Source of the DNA: Desulfobulbus propionicus DSM 2032
GTDB lineage: Bacteria; Desulfobacterota; Desulfobulbia; Desulfobulbales; Desulfobulbaceae
DNA: 32,000 nucleotides
Reading direction: 5' to 3'
Assembly (NCBI RefSeq): GCF_000186885.1
Contig: NC_014972.1
Span: 360,001 to 392,000, forward strand
Below the pieces are notes generated by a model. It saw only the letters and a program-made list of their open reading frames with translations, ran no database searches and was not told where the DNA came from. Of this stretch, positions 1 through 6,798 are shown one piece after another (position 1 is the stretch's first letter; each line of letters opens with the position of its first letter). Position numbers and translations under genes: made by a program.

Positions 1-917
1 TTAATAAGAAATTTTTGTATTTTTTATGAAGCAAAAAAAATATCTCCGGAAATTTCTTATAAATTGACATTTTTTGATAAAAAAATAATTAGAAATATTT
101 TTAATTACAGCCTGTATAGTTTCGCTGTATCAGTCTCTTCAAGAATCATAAGTTTCACCGACGAAATAGTTGTTGGACTCTTCTTGACGGTAAGCGATGT
201 TACTTACTACGCTATTGCTGTTAATCTAGTCACTTATTTTGAAAAATTGATATGGGCTGGTGCTAGTGTTTTAGTTCCTTATATCAGTCAATTAGACTCA
301 TCCAATGACCATGAAGGGATAGAAAGGGCTTTTTACCAATCCTTTAAATATACTCTTCTTTTTACCCTTTTTATATTCTTTGGCATTATATTTTTAGGGC
401 GTCCCTTTATCGATATATGGATGGGGGAGACGTATGGAGAAAAAGCCTTTCCTGTTTTAATAATCCTAGCAACTGCTAAAGTTGTATCGCACGGGCAATC
501 GATTACTATTGCGCGTTTTTTAGGGACAAGTAATCATAAATTCCTTGGTATTATTAATTCGTTGGAAGCTTTATCAAATTTGGTGCTTAGTTTATTTCTA
601 GTTGTGCATTATCAATTAATAGGGGTTGCTATAGGAACTTGATCCCCTGTCTAATTTTTAATGGTGTCATCCTGCCAGTCTACACTGTGTATTCATTTAA
701 GATTCAACCTTCAGTTTTCTTGAAAAAGGCTCTCTTCGGGCCGTTGGCCACCTTTTCGATATCCTGTTTGATAATTTACAAATTAGATCTTACTTCACTG
801 AGATACAGCGACCTGCTTTTAAATGGTTTCCTGATGTCTTTTATATTTGGTATATTTAGCTTAATGGTTTGTCTAGATTTAAGATTATACAGGAGAGTTG
901 CTTCTAAAAATGAATAA
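1..917 (+). pseudogene. MOP/Wzx-type polysaccharide flippase, 5'-truncated by the window edge and split by a 1-nt frameshift at 637-642
   Basis: Frame 1 is open from base 1, with no stop before the listed TTG at 64, so the gene begins upstream of the window. ORFs 64..642 and 639..917 are both multi-helix hydrophobic proteins. Joined, they read ...QLIGVAIGT|LIPCLIFNGVILPVY..., as in the C-terminal half of Wzx/polysaccharide-biosynthesis proteins. The DNA reads gga act tga where gga act ttg atc would stay in frame, so one T is missing. The 3' end overlaps the next gene start by 8 nt. Confidence 0.55.
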
Positions 918-2055
918 GTTTAAAATCGCTATCATACGCCCCATTGGCTATCCTATTGATTTAAAATCATATAATTCTCAAGAAATAGGTCTCGCTAGGG
1001 CGTTAACGCTTCAGGGGGTAAATGTAGATGTTTTTTTGGCAGGTAGGACTTCAAAACCAGAGAGACAAAAAATAGTTACTACGGGGGAGGGAGAGCTACA
1101 CGTCTATCAATTGCCCTATTATAAAATCCCTGAAATAGATCATGCTATTTATCCTCATTTGAAAGGAATTTTAATTAAAAACCAATACAATCTTTTCCAT
1201 GTCAATGAAGAAAACGAAATCACGTCTTTCCTTGTTGCTAAATTGGGAAAGAAAATTGGTGTTCCAGTCGTTATTTATCAAGGTATGTATCAACAACTTA
1301 CGGGTCGAATTAGGGCAGCGTTTCAAACATTATATGATCATACTGTGTTACCTTGGTTAAGCAAGAATATTTATTTGGCTCTTGCAAAAACTACCAGTGC
1401 AGAAAAACATTTAAAAATGAAAGGTTTTGAAAATACTTTAGTAATGCCTGTGGGGCTGGACACATCTGCATTTGATAACCCTACCGAGATAGATTGGCGC
1501 GCCAAGCTTAAAATTTCCCGCCAGGCGAAGATAATTCTTTACATAGGAGTGTTTGAAAAAAGACGTAACATCCAGTTTCTGTTGGATTTGGCAAAATTAT
1601 TTATAAATAAAAGCGATTTATTTTTTGTTTTTGTTGGCAAGGGAGATGAATTTGAAACAGCTAAAATTCGCACGGAAAAAGAACAGCTTGTGAATGTCAG
1701 GTTACCAGGCCATATACCTCAAAGCGAGTTGCCTTCCTTATACAAAGAAGGTACACTTTTTTTGTTACCGAGTAATTATGAAATATACGGAATGGTTGTT
1801 TTGGAATCGATGTTTTTTGGCGTTCCTGTGATATCTACATCAACAGCTGGTCCAAAAGATATCATTGAGAATGGTATTGATGGTTACTTATTAGATAATT
1901 TAAGTCAAGAACTATGGATAAATTTAATGAACCAAGTGTTAGAAAATGACAACTTGCATTTATTTTTAAAAAATAATGCAATAAATAAAATAATTTCAAA
2001 ATTAACATGGGATAAATTATCAAAAATATACTTATCAAAGGTATGTAGAAATTAG
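910..2055 (+). CDS. Glycosyltransferase family 4 (GT-B, 'group 1')
   Basis: The C-terminal E-x7-E motif is present (EIYGMVVLESMFFGVPVISTSTAGPKDIIENGIDGYL), with the typical GT4 length and layout. I prefer the ATG at 910 (MNKFKIAII), preceded by aggag at 892-896, over the listed TTG at 898. Confidence 0.85.
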   Translation: MNKFKIAIIRPIGYPIDLKSYNSQEIGLARALTLQGVNVDVFLAGRTSKPERQKIVTTGEGELHVYQLPYYKIPEIDHAIYPHLKGILIKNQYNLFHVNEENEITSFLVAKLGKKIGVPVVIYQGMYQQLTGRIRAAFQTLYDHTVLPWLSKNIYLALAKTTSAEKHLKMKGFENTLVMPVGLDTSAFDNPTEIDWRAKLKISRQAKIILYIGVFEKRRNIQFLLDLAKLFINKSDLFFVFVGKGDEFETAKIRTEKEQLVNVRLPGHIPQSELPSLYKEGTLFLLPSNYEIYGMVVLESMFFGVPVISTSTAGPKDIIENGIDGYLLDNLSQELWINLMNQVLENDNLHLFLKNNAINKIISKLTWDKLSKIYLSKVCRN

Positions 2056-2093
2056 TTATTCATAATAATTAATAAATTATATATAATTGATTT

Positions 2094-3389
2094 ATGGAAA
2101 AAATTAACAAATATTTATATCTTTTTGGGATGTATGTTTACAATCCATTGATTAATCAAAAATTTAAATTTTTATTAAATAGCCAATATTGGAATGAAGA
2201 AAGGATTTTAGATTGGCAAATTAATTCCTGTAAAAAGCTTTTGATCCATGCTTATGAAAATTCTCCATTTTATAAAAAATTTTTTAAAGATGTGTCTTTT
2301 CAACCGCAAAATTTTAGAAGTCTTGAAGATTTGAAATTTATTCCTACCACAAGTAAGTCGTTAATTCTTGAAAATTCTACTTATATTCAAAATTTTGTAC
2401 CAAAAGAGAAACACTTTTATTCAGAGACATCTGGTAGTAGTGGAACCCCTTTGATCTTTTACCGTAATGCCACATGGGATGCTTGGCATAGAGCATCGGT
2501 TTTAAGAGGGTATCATTGGTACGGAATAAATCCTTGGGAGAGAAACGGCTATTTGTGGGGTTACAACTTTTCTTTCAAGAAACGATTAAAAGTACGTCTA
2601 CTTGATGCACTTCAAAACAGATTTCGCTTGTTCTCGTATAATGATCAGGAAATTTTTGTTTTTATAAAAAAACTTGAATCAGCAAAATTTCTTGGTGGAT
2701 ATTCTTCCATGATTTATGAGATAGCTAAACAGTTAAACGGAATGTCAAATTCTCGACGATTTTCTTTGAAAATGATTAAAGGTACTTCAGAAAAAATATT
2801 TGATTATTATCAACAAGAAGTTGAGCGAGCTTTTGGTCAAAGAATCATAAGTGAATATGGTTCAGCAGAGGCTGGAATTATTGCATTTGAATGCCCATCA
2901 GGAACGCAACATCTTAATATGGAAACAGCAATAGTTGAAGTTGTTGATAATGAAATAGTAGTAACAAACTTAGTTTCATATTCATTTCCTATAATCAGAT
3001 ATAAATTAGGTGATTTTGTTCAATTAAGTTCAAGTACAAAATGTTCATGTGGTGTAATGCATGGTGCAATAAATGAAGTATTTGGAAGAGTTGGGCGAGT
3101 AATCTATGGAAAAACTCAAAGGTATCCAAGTTTAACCCTTTATTATGTTTTCAAGAATTTAGCGATGGAAAGAAATTTGGTTTTTAATTATCAAGCTCGA
3201 CAAAACGTTAAAGGGGCAATGGAAATTCTAATAGAACAGCATGTCGATCGAGAACAACATCGAATTCTTATAAGTGAATTCGAAAAATATTTTTCTTCTG
3301 ATATTGAATTAAAGATTATTGATGACGTGAGTTTGAAATCAACTGAGGGAAAAAGATTAGATTTTATTAGTTCAATAATTGATGGATAG
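2094..3389 (+). CDS. CapK/PaaK-like adenylate-forming enzyme (phenylacetate-CoA ligase / coenzyme F390 synthetase family)
   Basis: An AMP-binding P-loop-type motif, YSETSGSSGTPLIFY, lies at nt 2427-2450. Size (431 aa) and position inside a glycan cluster match CapK-like proteins. Confidence 0.7.
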   Translation: MEKINKYLYLFGMYVYNPLINQKFKFLLNSQYWNEERILDWQINSCKKLLIHAYENSPFYKKFFKDVSFQPQNFRSLEDLKFIPTTSKSLILENSTYIQNFVPKEKHFYSETSGSSGTPLIFYRNATWDAWHRASVLRGYHWYGINPWERNGYLWGYNFSFKKRLKVRLLDALQNRFRLFSYNDQEIFVFIKKLESAKFLGGYSSMIYEIAKQLNGMSNSRRFSLKMIKGTSEKIFDYYQQEVERAFGQRIISEYGSAEAGIIAFECPSGTQHLNMETAIVEVVDNEIVVTNLVSYSFPIIRYKLGDFVQLSSSTKCSCGVMHGAINEVFGRVGRVIYGKTQRYPSLTLYYVFKNLAMERNLVFNYQARQNVKGAMEILIEQHVDREQHRILISEFEKYFSSDIELKIIDDVSLKSTEGKRLDFISSIIDG

Positions 3390-3394
3390 CCAAA

Positions 3395-4369
3395 ATGGAC
3401 CTTTCAGTCATCATACCCGCTAAAAATGAAAGTTTATTTTTAAAAATTTCAGTTCCAGCACTATGGGTATCAATTAATAAATCTAACATTATAGCAGAAA
3501 TTATTTTAGTTGACAATGGGTCAGAAGATGACACAGAATCGGTAGCCCGTTCTTTGGGGTGCAAAATTCTATCAAGTCCTCAAGGATCTATCGCAAAATT
3601 GCGAAATTTAGGAGCTAGCCAGGCTCAGGGAACCTATCTTGCTTTTGTTGACGCAGACTGTGCTGTACATGAAGATTGGGTCTCCACTTGCATAGAAAAT
3701 CTTAATCATCTCAAAGTTGGTGCTACAGGAACTCGTGTCGTTCCTGCTTCAGAAAAAGCTACTTGGGTCAGCTGGGCTTGGTTCAATTTAGCAGCTGGGT
3801 CTAAGAGAAAAGAGAATGTATCTTGGCTTGGTTCTTCAAACTTAATGTTAAAAAAATGTCTTTTTGATGAATTAGGTGGATTTAATGAAGGTTTAAAAAC
3901 TGCAGAAGATTTTGATCTTACTACACGTTTAAAAAAAACACATAGAATTAAATTAGAAAAAAATATTGACACGATTCACTATAGAGAGCCTGAAACAATC
4001 AAGGAACTTTTTATTAAGGAATCATGGAGGGGAAGTTCAAGCCTCGCCTGCTATATCAGCAATGGTTGCCAATTTGGTGAGTTAGGCAGTGTCGCTATAC
4101 CTATGTTTGTGAATATATGCATAGGAATGCTTGTCATTTTTTTGTTAACAAATTTATCATTAACACCTATTGCCATTTTCCCGATAATTATTTTACCTTT
4201 TATTCTTATGATAAAAAAAGGCGTTCCATTTAATTCATTCATGATCGTTGTTCAAACATATATAGTTGCCTTCATCTTTATTTTGGCAAGATCGGTTTCT
4301 TTGGCTCGTGAAATTTACTATATTTTATTTAGAAGGAGTGATGTTAATATCTGGAAAATCTGTCGATGA
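3395..4369 (+). CDS. Glycosyltransferase family 2 (GT-A) with C-terminal transmembrane region
   Basis: The N-terminus is LSVIIPAKNE...ILVDNGSEDDT...FVDADC (GT2 nucleotide-binding and DxD motifs). The C-terminal ~100 aa form 3-4 hydrophobic helices. The gene starts 5 nt after the previous stop. Confidence 0.85.
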   Translation: MDLSVIIPAKNESLFLKISVPALWVSINKSNIIAEIILVDNGSEDDTESVARSLGCKILSSPQGSIAKLRNLGASQAQGTYLAFVDADCAVHEDWVSTCIENLNHLKVGATGTRVVPASEKATWVSWAWFNLAAGSKRKENVSWLGSSNLMLKKCLFDELGGFNEGLKTAEDFDLTTRLKKTHRIKLEKNIDTIHYREPETIKELFIKESWRGSSSLACYISNGCQFGELGSVAIPMFVNICIGMLVIFLLTNLSLTPIAIFPIIILPFILMIKKGVPFNSFMIVVQTYIVAFIFILARSVSLAREIYYILFRRSDVNIWKICR

Positions 4370-5305
4370 AATAATAACATTATCGATCGCATAGTACTGT
4401 TCCTTCATTTCTGAAGGATCAGCGTATAAGTTGTAGGCGTTACCGCCAATTGCAACTATATTCCACCCAAGATTACCAGGGCTGCTGCTTCCCATCCACT
4501 GGATGTCATTCCGGCTGTATTCTAATGTCCCATCTACCCAAAACTTGACAACTCCATCTTTTGCCCCAGGAGAAGTATTCATTTTTACATACCACTTCAT
4601 TCGGTGCCAAGCACCATCTCCTAATTTCTGCTCAAATGTAGATTTCTCCGTAAAGGTAAAACTTTTGTCATATGAATCTGCGCACCAATAATTGGTTTCT
4701 TGAGGGTCACAGCGATGGCTATGAAAATGTCGAAAACCATATTGGTTATAAGATGTATCGTAAATATAAGCTGGTGCATTGCTTCCAGTAGTAAAAAATT
4801 GAAAAGGACTACCAAGCCTATCCCAATGATAAAATCTAACCATTTTTACGGCAGCCCCACTACTTGTATTCCAGTTCCATTGAAAACCTGGTTGGAATAT
4901 AATGTGTAAAAAAACATAGAGTTCCTGAAAGTCTTTTCCCAAATCTTTTGCCAATATGCCATCAGCACCCCAGCCATCCCCACTTCTTCCGTTATTTGAC
5001 TCATTCCAGACGGTGAGAGCCTTTCCGGAAGTACCTTTATGATTTTCTTCTGAAATCTGGATGGTTGGGTGGTATTTTGGTCCATCGGAGTTTGGATGCC
5101 ATAATTCATCATTACGGTAATAATCCCACCCTGCTGGTAATTTGTTTTTACACGACGAGTCGCTACATCCTTCCTCTTCAGTCTGCGGAAACCAATCTTC
5201 CTTTTTATCAAAGTTTTCAAGAAATATAACTTCAGCCTTTGACACTGTTATGTTACAAAATGTGAATATTGTGAATGTTAGTATCATTATTGTTTTTATT
5301 TTCAC
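4325..5305 (-). CDS. Secreted ConA-like lectin/glucanase-fold protein, possibly a polysaccharide lyase-like enzyme
   Basis: GTG start at 5305 with SD caGGAGtaaccc. Signal peptide MKIKTIMILTFTIFTFCNITVSKA. The C-terminal pattern GVVKFWVDGTLEYSRNDIQWMG...IGGNAY...YYAIDNVIIS is typical of ConA-fold / PF14099-type polysaccharide lyases. The function is inferred only. The 3' end overlaps the GT2 3' end by 45 nt in convergent orientation. Confidence 0.5.
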   Translation of the reverse strand: MKIKTIMILTFTIFTFCNITVSKAEVIFLENFDKKEDWFPQTEEEGCSDSSCKNKLPAGWDYYRNDELWHPNSDGPKYHPTIQISEENHKGTSGKALTVWNESNNGRSGDGWGADGILAKDLGKDFQELYVFLHIIFQPGFQWNWNTSSGAAVKMVRFYHWDRLGSPFQFFTTGSNAPAYIYDTSYNQYGFRHFHSHRCDPQETNYWCADSYDKSFTFTEKSTFEQKLGDGAWHRMKWYVKMNTSPGAKDGVVKFWVDGTLEYSRNDIQWMGSSSPGNLGWNIVAIGGNAYNLYADPSEMKEQYYAIDNVIISSTDFPDINITPSK

Positions 5306-5500
5306 GGGTTACTCCTGTCTCTAAATGCTTTTGAATTGTAATCATGCTATAGGTTATTTTGATTGGTAGAGTAGCATCCTAAAGTTAATTGTTGAGCCTC
5401 TTGCAAAAAAAAAGTCGCCTATCATCATATTTCTGAAAAAATAAGAGGGAAAACCTCCAAAGAAACGTGAGGTGAATTTTCACTCTCTCGGTATGACTTG

Positions 5501-5527
5501 AAAAAGTGTTCAGTTCTTTATTGAACA
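5501..5527 (-). terminator. Weak rho-independent terminator candidate after the PKD/CBM-like gene
   Basis: The minus strand reads TGTTCA-ataaagaac-TGAACA followed by CTTTTT. The stem is 6 bp and AT-rich. It lies about 60 nt downstream of the stop at 5585. Confidence 0.35.
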
Positions 5528-5584
5528 TTCAGCTATGGCATATATTCGATTATTTTGCAATAAGCTTAATTTTTTGTAGTCTCC

Positions 5585-6427
5585 TTATTGGGAGACAATT
5601 TTAACCCAGCATAATTTCGCGGTGTCGGAAGTTTGAAAAGTCAAGGACAGCCTGTTGTCAGTAACAGTAGTTATAATTTCACGTGTTATCCAAGGGTTTA
5701 AGGAACTGAGGCGTTCGGCAGTTATCAAAGCTGCACCCTCAACTTGCACCCCTTGGGTTCTATCTGGTGCAGAAGGGTCACCGACTGTCACCGTGACAAG
5801 GTACTTTCCATTTGGTACGATATGTTCCCAGACAGCTGTTGGGGCTACATGAATAAGAGTATCAAAAGATTGGTCAGGAGACAATAAGCTGTTACGATCC
5901 CTCGTCCCTTCCGCAGCAGGTGGAGAAACCCAGCCATACCCCACCGCATCGTCAAAATTACTCCCACTGTCCATCGTAAACCCTGTCGGGACAGGTGCAG
6001 AAGCAGGCTGGAAATTAATGGCAATCTGGACAGGTGAGGCAAGACTGACATTTTCCTGAGTCATAGTTACGCCACCGCTATTATCAACAATTGTTAAAGT
6101 TACAGGGGAAATTCCTCCCCCTTCAAAACTGTGTGTTACTGTTATTCCGGAATCCTTGACGCCATCTCCAAAGTCCCAAATGTAACTCACGATACTCCCA
6201 TCCGAATCACTCGCCCCACTCGCATCAAAAGTATAAATATCGCCATTTTTAGTATAGGTAAATAACGCCACTGGCGGTTTGTTAATTTTCTGAGCATCGG
6301 TGATGGCGACCCCTTTGAGGCTACCAGAAAAGCCGGTATTAGCCATGGATGGCGGTGCCATGGTGGTTAAAAACAGGACTAGGGTTGCTGCATGGAGAAC
6401 CTTAGTAGATGCTGCTGTTGTTTTCAT
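5585..6427 (-). CDS. Secreted PKD-domain protein with C-terminal beta-sandwich (malectin/CBM-like) domain
   Basis: I prefer the ATG at 6427 (MKTTAASTKVLHAATLVLFLTTMAPPSMA signal peptide), preceded by AGGAGA 7 nt upstream. PKD signature: FDASGASDSDGSIVSYIWDFGDG...VTLTIVDNSGG. The C-terminal region INFQPASAPVPTGFTMDSGSNF...YGW... resembles malectin/CBM-type domains, which is an inference. Confidence 0.75.
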   Translation of the reverse strand: MKTTAASTKVLHAATLVLFLTTMAPPSMANTGFSGSLKGVAITDAQKINKPPVALFTYTKNGDIYTFDASGASDSDGSIVSYIWDFGDGVKDSGITVTHSFEGGGISPVTLTIVDNSGGVTMTQENVSLASPVQIAINFQPASAPVPTGFTMDSGSNFDDAVGYGWVSPPAAEGTRDRNSLLSPDQSFDTLIHVAPTAVWEHIVPNGKYLVTVTVGDPSAPDRTQGVQVEGAALITAERLSSLNPWITREIITTVTDNRLSLTFQTSDTAKLCWVKIVSQ

Positions 6428-6521
6428 TGTATGTCTCCTGGTGCTTCTTTGGTCTTCAAGTTGGTTGCTGAATTTATTGGCCAATGATGAGAACCGGACT
6501 TAACTCTATGGCTTTGTGGTT

Positions 6522-6539
6522 TTCTTAATCAATTAAGAA
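6522..6539. promoter_or_regulatory. Perfect 8-bp inverted repeat TTCTTAAT-ca-ATTAAGAA (candidate operator)
   Basis: Seen directly in the sequence, 95-112 nt upstream of the ATG at 6427. No U/T tract follows on either strand, so a protein-binding site is more likely than a terminator. Confidence 0.25.
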
Positions 6540-6798
6540 GTTAGCGAACATTTGGTGCTTGTAAAAATTTTGTGGCACTACTTTTACTCAAGGCGCAATG
6601 ATTCGGTAATCAATAAAATTATTAATAACCTCTGTATCCGTTCCGTCAGGGAGCATTGGTGAATCCAATACTCACCTGCAAGGCAGGATGATGATTACTC
6701 CTTGCCGCCCACAACGATTCCGGGGTGGACGGCCTTCAGATCGTTGAATGACGGGATTAATTGTATCCTATGCGAAGTTTTTCCTACCGTAGTAACTT

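Noticed and set aside
637-642. Programmed -1 ribosomal frameshift in the flippase
   Set aside because: There is no slippery X-XXY-YYZ heptamer and no obvious downstream pseudoknot or hairpin. A 1-nt indel, by mutation or sequencing error, is more parsimonious.
5306-5584. Mobile-element boundary (att site, integrase, tRNA, IS inverted repeats) at the GC transition
   Set aside because: No direct or inverted repeats beyond a 6-bp hairpin, no tRNA-like sequence and no recombinase ORF were found in or near this interval.
6573-6588. + strand sigma-54-like element TGGCAC-tactt-TTACT
   Set aside because: The conserved G of the -12 GC is missing. The element also points into the 3' end of a minus-strand gene, with no + strand gene to drive.
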